DNA of 41,215 nt from Candidatus Subteraquimicrobium carltonvillense (GCA_002339355.1 DDKQ01000113.1:1-41215); one strand, 5' to 3'; counted from the stretch's first letter, positions 1 through 9,872 are shown. The notes: a model not told the origin generated them from the letters alone. Translations and numbers: made by a program.

Positions 1-558
1 GATCCTTTCTGCCCTTCTTCTGGGCTCTTAGATCCTGTCAGTTACTCTAACACATTTTGTCCAGTTGAAGGGGTGCAGTCCAAAGAATACAAATAACAAT
101 CGAGATTGCAAGGAGTAATTTTTTAATACCCATTGGCCTTTCAAAAATTATTCAAGGAAAGTAATAAATCTCACCTGTTTAGACGATCGGGGCGCACCAA
201 ATGTTCCATTTTAGAAAGCAAAACTGTTCGGATACTGAGTGGGATCTCGCTTAAAACATATGTACAAGCCTTTCCAATAATATTATTGCGAGAAAGTATT
301 ATGAAATTTTGAAAAAAATATTAAATCTTAGAATATTTTCCGATTCTTCTGTGGCTTTAATGGACTATATCCAGGATTGCCTTCGTTAAAAGCAATGTCA
401 AAAGAGCGAACAATGGGATTTTAAAAAGGAAAGAGCAAGGAGTGAAACTTTTCACTGTGGGTGCTAAAAATTTGGTTATAGATTGGCTATATATGATTGA
501 TTAAGCTAAAATTTGAAGAGTTAAAGTTCGATAAAAGGGAATTTGGAGGCGGGTTTAG

Positions 559-1350
559 ATGGCAAAGTTCGTGGAGATGTTCCAAAATTTTATATTCGAT
601 ATGGATGGAGTGATCTATCTGCAGGATAGTCCCATTCCTGGGGCTAGGGAGGTCATAAATTATCTGAAATCTGCCGGTAAGTCCATCCTTTTCTTGACGA
701 ATAACTCCTATTACACCCCCGAATATTATGTGGAGAAGCTTTCATACATGGGAATTCAAGCGAGTCCAGATCGGATTCTAACATCAGCCGCTGCAACGGC
801 GATGTATCTCAAAAAACATCACCGATTGAAGGGGAAAACTGCCTTTGTCATAGGTGGACCTGGCCTTGAGCGGGAGATTAAATCCATCGGATTGGAGCTA
901 CTTACCACCGATAGCGGAAGGAATGCTCATTTCGTCATCGTTGGCTGGGATACAAATTTTAATTATGAAAAGATGAAGGTTGCTACCCTGGCGATCAATG
1001 GTGGTGCAATCTTCATTGGTACCAATTACGATAAGACTTTTCCCAGCGGCGAAGGCTTGTGGCCTGGAGGGGGAGCGATAATTGCTTCCATCGAAGCGGC
1101 TACAGATAGGAGAGCCAAGATTATAGGGAAGCCTGAAAAATTCATGATTGAAGCGGCCTTGGCTCTTTTCGATGGAAAACCCCCAAAGACGGTGCTCATA
1201 GGGGATAGACTAGATAGCGATATCTTGGCTGGAAAGAGAGCGGGGATAAAAACAATCCTAGTTCTCACGGGTGTGACTTCCCGGGAGATGTTGGAAAAAT
1301 CCGATATTAAACCCGACTACACCTTGAAAGGAATTTGGGAATTGTTCTAA
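559..1350 (+). CDS. HAD-superfamily subfamily IIA phosphatase (NagD/PGP-like)
   Basis: 263-aa ORF. It carries the FDMDGV nucleophile motif near the N-terminus, LTNNS (motif II) and GDRLDSD (motif IV). A GGAGG Shine-Dalgarno lies upstream of the ATG. Confidence 0.8.
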   Translation: MAKFVEMFQNFIFDMDGVIYLQDSPIPGAREVINYLKSAGKSILFLTNNSYYTPEYYVEKLSYMGIQASPDRILTSAAATAMYLKKHHRLKGKTAFVIGGPGLEREIKSIGLELLTTDSGRNAHFVIVGWDTNFNYEKMKVATLAINGGAIFIGTNYDKTFPSGEGLWPGGGAIIASIEAATDRRAKIIGKPEKFMIEAALALFDGKPPKTVLIGDRLDSDILAGKRAGIKTILVLTGVTSREMLEKSDIKPDYTLKGIWELF

Positions 1351-3417
1351 TTATTCTTCCTTCTTTGCCTCCTCGATTATCTTTTGAGCGATATCCCCCG
1401 GTACTTGCTCGTAGTGGGAGAATTCCATTCCATAGGTACCTCTTCCATGGGTTATGGATCTCAGTTGAGTTGCATATTTTGCTATTTCCGCCAGGGGGAC
1501 GAGTGCTTTAATCACCTGATTGCGCCCGCGAGGTTCCATTCCCAGAATTTTTCCTCGTTTCCCGCTTAAGTCACCGATGACGTCGCCCATATATTCCTCT
1601 GGAACTATCACTTCCACTTTCATGATGGGTTCAAGGAGGATCGGATTTGCCCCAAGTATCGCCTTTTTTAGCGCCATCGAACCCGCAATCTTGAAGGCCA
1701 TATCTGAGGAGTCCACGGGGTGGAAGGAACCATCGTATACAGTCACTTTGACATCTATCACGGGATAGCCCGCAAGTACTCCTCCTTCCAAAGCTTCTTT
1801 CAGCCCCTTCTCAACGGCGGGGATGTATTGCTTGGGAATGGCGCCTCCCACAATTTTGTCGACAAATTCGTATCCGGCACCACGAGGTAGCGGTTCGACC
1901 TCAATCCAGGCATCACCATATTGTCCACGACCTCCCGTTTGTCTCTTGTATTTCCCCTGTGCTTTGGCTGAGGCGAGAACCGTTTCTTTATAGGGTATTT
2001 TTGGTGTGGACAAAGTGGCTTCTACCCCGAATTTTCTGCGCAGATGATCAATGGTCACCTCCAAATGCATATCACCCACTCCGGAGACTATGGTCTGCCT
2101 GGTTTCGTGATCACGGCGGACCCTTAAGGTCAAATCCTCCTCAGCCAATCTCGTAAGAGAGGTGCTCAACTTTTCCTCGTCGCCCTTGGTTTTTGGCTCG
2201 ATGGCCACGGAAATCACGGGCTCAGGTAGGGTTAACGGTTGCAGCTTTATGAGTTTACCTTCGTCGCATAAGGTATCACCGGTGAATGTTTCGTTGAGTT
2301 TTGGCACGGCTGCGATGTCCCCCGCTGGGACATCCCTAGTTTCGATCTGATTCTTGCCTTGCATGAAGAAAAGATGTCCTATTCTTTCCCTCTTGCCCCT
2401 TGATGAGTTGTGAACCGTGGAGTCTGCGTGAAGCACTCCTGAATACACTCGGAGGAAGGTTAGTTTGCCCACATAGGGGTCGGCAACGCTTTTAAAAACT
2501 GAAGCCGTAAGAGGCTCCTTTTCACTATGTTTTCTGATCTCTTCCTTCTGCGTTTTGGGATTGATCCCTTTGATTTCGCGCCCCTCCATTGGCGAGGGCA
2601 TTATCTCCACTATGGCATCCAAAAGCGAAGATATTCCGAGATTTTTATGGGCGGAGCCGCAGAAAATCGGTACCACAGCTCGGTTCAATGTAGCTGTCTT
2701 TAGAGTCGTTCTTATCTCCTCTTCGGTTAATTCCTCACCCTCTAGGTATCTCTCCAGGAGCTTGTCATCGACTTCGACCACGGATTCGATCAATTTCTCC
2801 CTATATTTTTCGGCTTCTGCCTTTAAATCCGTGGGGATTTCTTCTTCCTTGGATTTGCCATCGGAAAAGACCGCGGTCATTTTGATTAGGTCTATAACCC
2901 CCTTGAATCCGCTTTCTTTCCCAAGCGGCAATTGGACGGGAGCCACATTAACGCCAAAAGTCTCCCTAATCATGTCCATCGCTTGATAAAAATCGGCGTT
3001 CTCCTTATCCATCCTATTGATGAAAACCAGGCGGGGTAAATCATACTCATCCGCGAGATGCCAGACTCTCTCCGTTTGCACTTCTACCCCTGATACGGCG
3101 CAAACGACGATTATCGCGCCATCCGCCACGCGCAGAGCGCTTATAACCTCGCCGATGAAATCAGCGTATCCCGGTGTATCTATTATGTTGATTTTGTGAT
3201 TTTTCCATTCACAGGGAGCAAGTGCGGCATTTATCGATATCTTCCTTTTGATCTCTTCGGGATCGTAATCGGTGACCGCGCTGCCACCGTCAACGCTTCC
3301 CATCTTGCTAATGGCTCCCGAGGTGTAAAGCATCGCTTCGGTCAAGGAAGTCTTTCCAGTTCCTCCATGGGCAACGATGGCGATATTTCTTATCCTTTCG
3401 GTGGAATATTTTTTCAA
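1351..3417 (-). CDS. fusA: Elongation factor G paralogue (EF-G2-type translational GTPase), stand-alone
   Basis: 688-aa ORF. G1 is AHGGTGKTS, G3 is DTPGYADF, G4 is NRMD, and EF-G domains II-V are recognisable. It has a TTG start preceded by GGGAGGAG. It is not in an rpsL-rpsG-fusA-tuf context. Confidence 0.88.
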   Translation of the reverse strand: MKKYSTERIRNIAIVAHGGTGKTSLTEAMLYTSGAISKMGSVDGGSAVTDYDPEEIKRKISINAALAPCEWKNHKINIIDTPGYADFIGEVISALRVADGAIIVVCAVSGVEVQTERVWHLADEYDLPRLVFINRMDKENADFYQAMDMIRETFGVNVAPVQLPLGKESGFKGVIDLIKMTAVFSDGKSKEEEIPTDLKAEAEKYREKLIESVVEVDDKLLERYLEGEELTEEEIRTTLKTATLNRAVVPIFCGSAHKNLGISSLLDAIVEIMPSPMEGREIKGINPKTQKEEIRKHSEKEPLTASVFKSVADPYVGKLTFLRVYSGVLHADSTVHNSSRGKRERIGHLFFMQGKNQIETRDVPAGDIAAVPKLNETFTGDTLCDEGKLIKLQPLTLPEPVISVAIEPKTKGDEEKLSTSLTRLAEEDLTLRVRRDHETRQTIVSGVGDMHLEVTIDHLRRKFGVEATLSTPKIPYKETVLASAKAQGKYKRQTGGRGQYGDAWIEVEPLPRGAGYEFVDKIVGGAIPKQYIPAVEKGLKEALEGGVLAGYPVIDVKVTVYDGSFHPVDSSDMAFKIAGSMALKKAILGANPILLEPIMKVEVIVPEEYMGDVIGDLSGKRGKILGMEPRGRNQVIKALVPLAEIAKYATQLRSITHGRGTYGMEFSHYEQVPGDIAQKIIEEAKKEE

Positions 3418-3714
3418 TACAATCTCCTCCCTTTTCTGCTAATAATATATCATGCATGGATCATAATTTCAGATATCTAGTAATATATAATCCCACCTAC
3501 AATATATCTTCTACAATATAAATAATAAACCTTTTGTACATGTTCCATATCTCTGTTGAGGAAGTGCTAGAGGGAGAGTTTCAGCTGCGAGTATTTATCA
3601 TTTTTATGAAAAAGCCGAATATTAACATAAGAAAAAGAGTTCGCAGGTTAAAATCTGAACGGATCGACACGATATGTTATACTCTTTTTAGCATTACAAG
3701 GGGTTAAAGCGAAG

Positions 3715-4389
3715 GTGAAGGAAGCAATTTTAGTGGTCGATGATGAGCAGAATATCGTGGAGTTGGTGAAGCTTTACTTGACCAATGAAGGCTTCACGGT
3801 TAGGGGCGCCATCAATGGCGAAGAGGCCTTAAAGACCTTTAAATCCTTCCAGCCTTCATTGATCATCTTGGATATCATGCTTCCGGGAATGGATGGTTGG
3901 GAGGTATGTCGTCGGATAAGAAAAGAGTCGGATGTCCCCATCATCATGCTCACCGCAAAGGTATCGGAGGTTGATAAGGTCGTGGGGCTGGAATTGGGAG
4001 CCGATGACTACCTGACCAAGCCCTTTAGTCCTCGGGAGCTCGTGGCTCGAGTCAAAGCGGTGCTCCGGAGGATTCGCGGCCCAGCGCCAAAATCTCCTCT
4101 CAGCTTCGGGGATTTGACCATAGATATCGATAAGAGGGAGGTAAGCTTGGCCGGAAAGAAAATCGATCTCACCTCCACGGAATTCGATGTATTAAGAGAA
4201 CTGGCTTCAAATCCTGGCATCGTCTATTCGAGAGAGCGTCTCCTTCAGAAGGTGTGGGGATATGATTTCTTTGGTGGAGCTCGCACGGTGGATGTTCACA
4301 TTCGTCATCTGCGACAGAAGCTGGGTGATGAGGGCTCTCGCTTTATCGAAACGGTATGGGGCGTCGGATATAGGTTTAAAGGGAAGTGA
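3715..4389 (+). CDS. OmpR/PhoB-family response regulator
   Basis: 224 aa. The receiver domain shows VVDDE...LDIMLPGMDG...LTAK. The C-terminal winged-helix shows VWGYDF...RTVDVHIRHLRQKL. GTG start. Confidence 0.9.
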   Translation: MKEAILVVDDEQNIVELVKLYLTNEGFTVRGAINGEEALKTFKSFQPSLIILDIMLPGMDGWEVCRRIRKESDVPIIMLTAKVSEVDKVVGLELGADDYLTKPFSPRELVARVKAVLRRIRGPAPKSPLSFGDLTIDIDKREVSLAGKKIDLTSTEFDVLRELASNPGIVYSRERLLQKVWGYDFFGGARTVDVHIRHLRQKLGDEGSRFIETVWGVGYRFKGK

Positions 4390-4392
4390 AAG

Positions 4393-5817
4393 ATGTTTAA
4401 GTCCCTTCGCTCTCGAGTTATTTTCTCCTATGTTTTTGTTCTTTTTCTCTCCTTGGGTATCGCGAGTCTACTTTTCTACCAATTTCTGGTGAGTTACACC
4501 GTTCGAACTCAGGGAAAAGAACTGACGAATCAAGCTGTTACCCTCAGTCGTGAAGTGGAAGCAATATTGGAGGGTCAGAACCCCTGGCTTGGGATACATA
4601 GAGTAAGGGTTCACAAATTTCTATCCGCCTATGCCAAGCTGACAAAGATAAGGATATTTTTTATCGATTCCAAAGGAGAGGTCATCGTCGATTCAGAGGG
4701 TCCTCCACTCATTCAAAAGCAACAGTTACCAAAGTGGGTGATGGGCTTAGCTGGAGAGAGCCCTCAGGTGTTGAGGAGATATCTCCCCGAATTACGCAAG
4801 GAAGTTTTATTGGTCAGTGTTCCCTTGAGGGAATCCAAAAATTTGCTAGTCATAGTGAAGCCCTTTGCGGAGGTAAAAGAAGCCCAGCGTCCCTTCTTAA
4901 ATCTCCTGCTCGGAGCAGCTGCAATCTCCTTTCTCATCTCGGTATTCGTCGGTTTATACCTTTCGCGTTCAATATCGGAGCCCATTCTTAAATTGACTAG
5001 AGCTGCAGGTGAAATAGGGAAAGGACGGTTCGATCAATACATCGATGTGCAGTCGGAGGATGAGATTGGACGGCTGGCTAGAGTCTTCAATTTCATGGCC
5101 GAAAGGGTTAAAAGGGCTTATCAAGCACAGCGGGATTTTGTGGCCAACGTCTCGCATGAAATAAGGACGCCCCTCACCTCCATAGAGGGATTCTCCCAAG
5201 CCTTACTGGATGGTGTAGTCAAGGATGAGGAGTCTTTCAAAAATTCACTTCGAATAATCAACCAAGAGAGTAAAAGATTGGTGAGATTGGTAAGGGATTT
5301 ATTGGCCTTGTCCAGCATTGATGCTGGACAACTGGATCTCAATTTTAAATCCCTTGACTTGAGAAAATTCTTGCGCCAGATCGGCGAGAAGTTTCAACCC
5401 CGTGCCAATGAGGATGGTATCCAATTTAAGGTGCAAGTTTCGGGGAATATCAAAATTACCACAGATCCAGATCGCTTAGACCAGGTATTGACAAATCTTT
5501 TGGACAATGCCTTCAAATATACCCCATCCGGGGGAACGATTGCCTTGAGAGCCACCCTGCTCGATTCCAAAGGGGTGCGACTGGAAGTGGAAGATTCCGG
5601 TGCCGGTATCCCCTCTGAGGATCTACCCAGGATCTTTGACCGATTTTATCGCGTGGAGAAATCCCGTTCCAAGGAATATGGTGGTGCTGGTCTCGGCCTT
5701 TCCATCTGCAGAGAGATCATCGAAATTCTGGGCGGGAGCATAGATGTGGAGAGCAAACTGGGTGAGGGAACGAAATTCACCATAGAGCTACCGATTTCCC
5801 CACAGAGAAATCAATAA
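4393..5817 (+). CDS. Sensor histidine kinase (2 TM, HAMP, HisKA, HATPase_c)
   Basis: 474 aa. H-box is SHEIRTPLTSI, N-box is NLLDNAFKYTP, G-boxes are DSGAGI and GGAGLGLSI. A HAMP segment follows the second TM helix. The start lies 3 nt after the regulator stop. Confidence 0.9.
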   Translation: MFKSLRSRVIFSYVFVLFLSLGIASLLFYQFLVSYTVRTQGKELTNQAVTLSREVEAILEGQNPWLGIHRVRVHKFLSAYAKLTKIRIFFIDSKGEVIVDSEGPPLIQKQQLPKWVMGLAGESPQVLRRYLPELRKEVLLVSVPLRESKNLLVIVKPFAEVKEAQRPFLNLLLGAAAISFLISVFVGLYLSRSISEPILKLTRAAGEIGKGRFDQYIDVQSEDEIGRLARVFNFMAERVKRAYQAQRDFVANVSHEIRTPLTSIEGFSQALLDGVVKDEESFKNSLRIINQESKRLVRLVRDLLALSSIDAGQLDLNFKSLDLRKFLRQIGEKFQPRANEDGIQFKVQVSGNIKITTDPDRLDQVLTNLLDNAFKYTPSGGTIALRATLLDSKGVRLEVEDSGAGIPSEDLPRIFDRFYRVEKSRSKEYGGAGLGLSICREIIEILGGSIDVESKLGEGTKFTIELPISPQRNQ

Positions 5818-5884
5818 ATATCCACTTTTAATCAAAACTTAATATTTTTTCAAAATTTCCATAATATTTTTCCCCAATAATATA

Positions 5885-5950
5885 TTTGGGGTCGGCTGGA
5901 GCCAAGGTACCAAATTTTTTGGGGGTCGGCTGGAGCTTAAGGTAATAAAT
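5885..5950. repeat. Tandem duplication of a ~34-nt unit with a 15-nt identical core GGGGTCGGCTGGAGC
   Basis: The core occurs at 5888-5902 and 5922-5936. Each copy is preceded by a T-run and followed by (C/TT)AAGGTA. Confidence 0.85.
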
Positions 5951-6080
5951 GACGCAACCAATTATGAATGTCGGAGAATTTCCCTCCTTTCACCGTCCGG
6001 CTCGTAATGTATCCATCAGAAGACCACTCAAGGTTGTCTCCAGGCCTGACCCTTTTTATTATGCCCTCCTTAATCCTCAA
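5937..6080 (-). CDS. Possible 47-aa small ORF (SH3/Tudor-like KRVRPGDNLEWSSDGYI pattern), perhaps a gene remnant
   Basis: TTG-initiated frame opening right after an in-frame TAA. It is below the ORF-track size cutoff. No convincing SD precedes the TTG, and an AAGGAGG lies inside the ORF. Confidence 0.2.
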   Translation of the reverse strand: MRIKEGIIKRVRPGDNLEWSSDGYITSRTVKGGKFSDIHNWLRHLLP

Positions 6081-6188
6081 GAAGCATTAATCCTAGGTTA
6101 CAAGCTTCGAAACCATCTTCGATAATTCCCTCGTAAATGCCGGAAGGAATTGAACCCTCTCAGAGGAAATTCTTATTATTAATTTTAG

Positions 6189-7556
6189 TTGAATGAATCT
6201 TTGCGGTTGAGGGGGCGACTTAAAATACATCTCTGGATAAAATATATCCTAAGGACAAAACTTTTACCCATAGGTCTTTCCATTCTAGCCCTGATTTTCA
6301 TTGCTGTCTGGGGATATCTTTATGCCTTTGCAGAGGACTTAGTCATAAAATCACCCTCCCATAGAAGGGTCATACCCAATCCTACTCCTTCTATTTCTGC
6401 AGAGTGGCAGATTTTTCCTCTGGCAAGGCTTGCTTCCGCAACCGTTATCGTCGATGGCAGGGATGTCAGTGAATCTGTTTCCCTCTCTGCGGTCGGATTT
6501 TCCTATGATCCTCCTCAGAAATTGAGTGAGGGAGAGCACACCATAGAGACAAAGCTCATCTACAAATTTCTGCTCCCCAAGAAATTAAAGCTCAAATGGG
6601 CTTTTGAAGTGGATACCATAACCCCAAGCATAAAATTCGAAGATATTGAGGATATAATCGCCACTCGCCAGTCTTGGATTCATGATCTTTTGGGATTCAC
6701 CGAACCTCATGCAAAACTCAAGGTTTATCTGAACGGTAGATCAATCCCCTCACCCAAGGTTGATGAAAGGGGTCATTTTAGTCTCGGTCTCTATTCACTT
6801 TCGAGGAAAAATGAGTTGAGAGTCGTAGCCATCGATCGAGCGGGAAACAAGGGTACTCTGGTGATTCCCGTTGTCGTGGATAACTCGGCTCCCGTGATAA
6901 AGGCATTTTCCCCTGCTCATGGCTCCGTGGTTCATTCCGAAAAACTCAAAATCTCGATCAAGCTGGAGGAACGGGAATCCGATATTCGCTTTGCCACATT
7001 ATGGATAGATGGGAATGTGGTCAAGCACAACTATAATCCTAAAACCAAGGAAATCACCAGCGGGTTGAGGCTTTCTCATGGAGAGCATGAAGTGGTGGTC
7101 AAAGCCATCGATGAAGCGGGTAATTCCGTCAAAAAACTTTGGTCTTTTAAGGTGGACACCACACGAGTCGTCATCAACATCACACAAAGAAGGCTATTCT
7201 TATATAGAGAGGGACAATTGATAAAGGAGTATCCCATAGCCGTTGGTCAAGAGTTTACCTTTCCAACTCCCATTGGTCACTATCGCATCATTCGCAAGAG
7301 AAAGAATCCCACATGGTATAATCCTCATAAACCCTGGTCGAGGAATATGCCTGAGAGAATTCCCCCTGGACCGGGCAATCCCTTGGGTACCAGAGCTATG
7401 GACCTTAATGCACCCGGCATCCGCATTCACGGGACATATAGTTCGCGGTCCATCGGTCGTGCCATTTCCCATGGATGCATTCGCATGCACCTTCATCATG
7501 CCGAGGAGCTATTTGATCTGGTCTCCGTGGGGACACCCGTGGACATAGTGAAATAA
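6189..7556 (+). CDS. Membrane-anchored L,D-transpeptidase (YkuD domain) with Ig-like repeats
   Basis: 455 aa with an N-terminal TM helix and repeated xDGxxV...SEGEH modules. The C-terminal YkuD signature is IRIHGT...SHGCIRM, with the catalytic Cys codon at 7476-7478. The TTG start is uncertain. Confidence 0.85.
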   Translation: MNESLRLRGRLKIHLWIKYILRTKLLPIGLSILALIFIAVWGYLYAFAEDLVIKSPSHRRVIPNPTPSISAEWQIFPLARLASATVIVDGRDVSESVSLSAVGFSYDPPQKLSEGEHTIETKLIYKFLLPKKLKLKWAFEVDTITPSIKFEDIEDIIATRQSWIHDLLGFTEPHAKLKVYLNGRSIPSPKVDERGHFSLGLYSLSRKNELRVVAIDRAGNKGTLVIPVVVDNSAPVIKAFSPAHGSVVHSEKLKISIKLEERESDIRFATLWIDGNVVKHNYNPKTKEITSGLRLSHGEHEVVVKAIDEAGNSVKKLWSFKVDTTRVVINITQRRLFLYREGQLIKEYPIAVGQEFTFPTPIGHYRIIRKRKNPTWYNPHKPWSRNMPERIPPGPGNPLGTRAMDLNAPGIRIHGTYSSRSIGRAISHGCIRMHLHHAEELFDLVSVGTPVDIVK

Positions 7557-7613
7557 CTTACGAGCGGTAGAGATGGAAATTATGATAGAATTGATTTGAA
7601 GGTGAGGATGAAA

Positions 7614-8450
7614 ATGGATTTTATGTCTTTTTTATTCTTCATATTACTTCTGGTATTCTTCGTTAGTCCCACTTTTCGCAAGAAGATATTGGAGATTAAA
7701 AGGATTAAAGCCATCCGCGAGTTTGAGAGAAAAAGGGGCTCAAGGGTCATTACCCTCATTCATCGACAGGAAGCTCTAGGTATCCTTGGGATACCCTTTT
7801 ACAGGTATATAGATATCGAGGACTCCGAGAAAATCTTGAGAGCAATAAGGCTCACCCCTGATGATATGCCCATTGATCTTATCCTGCACACTCCCGGAGG
7901 GTTGGTCCTGGCTTCAGAGCAGATAGCCCACGCCCTCTTAAGACACAAGGCGAAGGTCACAGTGTTTGTGCCCCATTATGCCATGTCCGGTGGGATGCTC
8001 ATAGCCTTGGCCGCCGATGAAATCATCCTCGATGAGGATGCCGTTTTGGGATCACTCGATCCCCAGCTTGGTTGGCAGTATCCGGCTAGCTCCCTTATTT
8101 GGACAGCTCAGGCAAAGGATAGAAATGAATTGGATGACAGGACCTTGATCTATCTGGATGTTGCCCAGAAGGCCGTGCGACAACTGCGGCAGCTCATTTT
8201 CGACATTTTGCAACACAAGGTGGAGAAGGACAGAGCCTGGGATATCGCAAATTTGCTCACGGAGGGAAGGTGGACCCACGACTTCCCTCTGACCGTCGAA
8301 AAGCTAAAGAGCCTGGGGATTGAGGTCAAGGTGGAAATGCCTCGAGATGTTTATAATCTGATGGAGCTTTATCCCCAGGTTGGATTGCGCAGACCTTCCG
8401 TGGAATATATACCCCTTCCTTACGAGAAGAAGGTCGAAGAGAAGAAATAG
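7614..8450 (+). CDS. SDH-family (ClpP-fold) membrane serine protease
   Basis: It has an N-terminal TM segment, then LILHTPGGLV...HYAMSGGMLIALAADEI, typical of SppA/SDH-type Clp-fold proteases. The ORF opens at 7596 (TTG). The ATG at 7614 is best spaced from GGTGAGG, and 7608 is also possible. Confidence 0.7.
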   Translation: MDFMSFLFFILLLVFFVSPTFRKKILEIKRIKAIREFERKRGSRVITLIHRQEALGILGIPFYRYIDIEDSEKILRAIRLTPDDMPIDLILHTPGGLVLASEQIAHALLRHKAKVTVFVPHYAMSGGMLIALAADEIILDEDAVLGSLDPQLGWQYPASSLIWTAQAKDRNELDDRTLIYLDVAQKAVRQLRQLIFDILQHKVEKDRAWDIANLLTEGRWTHDFPLTVEKLKSLGIEVKVEMPRDVYNLMELYPQVGLRRPSVEYIPLPYEKKVEEKK

Positions 8451-9151
8451 TTTGGTCTCCTTCGTCTCGGTCTCTTCGGCAGGATGAGGATGAGCAGAAA
8501 TCCCGTTAAGAATCCACCAATGTGAGCGAACCAGGCTATGCCTCCACCTTGTTGAGGGCTTGTGATCGCGGCTACCCCACTGAACAATTGCAGGATAAAC
8601 CAGAATCCTATCAGCAGCAATGCGGGTAGCCTTACAATCTGAATGAAATAGAAGAGGGGAACCAAAGTAAGAATTCGAGCTGTGGGAAAGAGGATAAGGT
8701 AAGCCCCCAAAACCCCGGCGATGGCTCCACTGGCACCAAGGGAAGGTATCTGTGAATTGGGTCCAGAGAGGATGTGTCCAAAAGTTCCTCCCAAACCGCA
8801 TAAGAGGTAGAAAAGAGTGAATTTGAAATGTCCCAGCGTATCCTCGACATTGTTCCCGAATATCCACAGATACCACATATTCCCGATGATGTGAATGAAG
8901 CCACCATGAAGAAACATCGAGGTTAAAATGGTGAGATAGGGAATCTTTTGGATCCCAGGGAAGAGGCTCACACCGTGAGTTATTTCGTAGGGAATCAGCG
9001 AATAGGTGTATATGAATTGTCTGAGGCTGTACTCCGTACCCAGAGAGAGCTGATAAATGAAGACGGCTATATTGATTATTATCAGACCCACGGTCATGAA
9101 GGGAAATGTTTCCGCGGGATTCTCATCTCGAAGTGGGAACAAAACTCTCAC
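8420..9151 (-). CDS. Rhomboid-family intramembrane serine protease
   Basis: 243 aa and polytopic. It carries FLHGGFIHIIGNMW, the catalytic GASGAIAGVLG and HIGGFLTG. GTG start after AAGAAAGGG. Its 3' end overlaps the convergent protease gene by 31 nt. Confidence 0.88.
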   Translation of the reverse strand: MRVLFPLRDENPAETFPFMTVGLIIINIAVFIYQLSLGTEYSLRQFIYTYSLIPYEITHGVSLFPGIQKIPYLTILTSMFLHGGFIHIIGNMWYLWIFGNNVEDTLGHFKFTLFYLLCGLGGTFGHILSGPNSQIPSLGASGAIAGVLGAYLILFPTARILTLVPLFYFIQIVRLPALLLIGFWFILQLFSGVAAITSPQQGGGIAWFAHIGGFLTGFLLILILPKRPRRRRPNYFFSSTFFS

Positions 9152-9170
9152 AACCCTTTCTTGAAATTGA

Positions 9171-9200
9171 ATTATACCTATTTTACCCTAGATAGTTTAA
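9171..9200 (-). promoter_or_regulatory. Putative sigma-70 promoter for the rhomboid gene
   Basis: On the minus strand there is a perfect TATAAT (9176-9171) and TTAAAC (9200-9195) with an 18-nt spacer, about 20 nt upstream of the GTG start. Confidence 0.35.
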
Positions 9201-9301
9201 GTTTCAAGTTTCTTGCCTCTCTTGCCAGATAACATTTTGCATGGCATCATATTTCTTAAGTAAAACGAAGACCCGTAGAAATTCGACTTTGGGGGGACAA
9301 A

Positions 9302-9871
9302 ATGGTCGTTATTTTCGGAATTTTAATGTTTTTAATCATCGGTTTAGTGCTGTTGATTGCCCTGGGTTTGATCTATATCTACAATCGGTTGGTGGTTTTG
9401 AGGAACAGAATCGAAAATGCTTGGGCGCAAATCGATGTCCAGTTAAAGCGACGTTATGACCTAATTCCGAATTTGGTGGAGACGGTCAAGGGTTATGCCG
9501 CCCATGAGAAGGAACTCTTTGAGAACGTGACAAAGGCTCGAGCCGAGGCAATTAAGACCACGGGAAGCGTTGGAAAACAGGCACAGGCGGAAAACATGCT
9601 CACACAGACTTTAAGATCACTCTTTGCCGTGGCTGAAAACTACCCAGAATTGAAGGCGAATGAGAACTTCATGATGCTTCAGGAGGAATTGGCTGGGACC
9701 GAGAGCAAAATCGCCTATGCTCGCCAATTTTACAACGATACCGTGATGAAATATAATACCATGATTCAATCTTTACCCACCAGATTGGTCGCTCCCACCT
9801 TTGGGTTTTCTCTTCGAGAATATTTCGAAATAGAAGAGGTGTCTCGAGAACCCGTTAAAGTACAATTTTAG
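9302..9871 (+). CDS. lemA: LemA family membrane protein
   Basis: 189 aa with an N-terminal TM helix. Then [34 protein letters not shown]...[10 protein letters not shown], the characteristic LemA pattern. Confidence 0.88.
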   Translation: MVVIFGILMFLIIGLVLLIALGLIYIYNRLVVLRNRIENAWAQIDVQLKRRYDLIPNLVETVKGYAAHEKELFENVTKARAEAIKTTGSVGKQAQAENMLTQTLRSLFAVAENYPELKANENFMMLQEELAGTESKIAYARQFYNDTVMKYNTMIQSLPTRLVAPTFGFSLREYFEIEEVSREPVKVQF

Positions 9872-9872
9872 C

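Noticed and set aside
47-133. A 28-aa minus-strand ORF (MGIKKLLLAISIVICILWTAPLQLDKMC) with a GAAAGG Shine-Dalgarno at the window's 5' edge.
   Set aside because: It is very short with no recognisable family, and could be chance in AT-rich DNA or the remnant of a truncated signal peptide. Not enough support to call it a gene.
1-558. The 558-nt AT-rich, ORF-poor 5' edge as an ncRNA or mobile-element end, and the window starting with GATC as evidence of a cloned fragment.
   Set aside because: I found no convincing repeats, hairpins or conserved RNA motifs. It is truncated by the window edge, so its context is unknown. A GATC start is not informative by itself.
3540-3707. A 55-aa ORF in the EF-G/response-regulator divergent promoter region.
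   Set aside because: It has no Shine-Dalgarno, sits in AT-rich intergenic sequence, has a Lys/Arg/Ile-rich translation, and overlaps the likely regulator promoter (extended -10 TGtTATACT at 3675-3683).
5888-5936. The GGGGTCGGCTGGAGC repeats as a tRNA fragment/att-site duplication or a mini-CRISPR.
   Set aside because: The sequence does not continue into a D-arm or T-arm-like sequence. There are only two copies with a 19-nt gap, no cas genes, and no integrase nearby.
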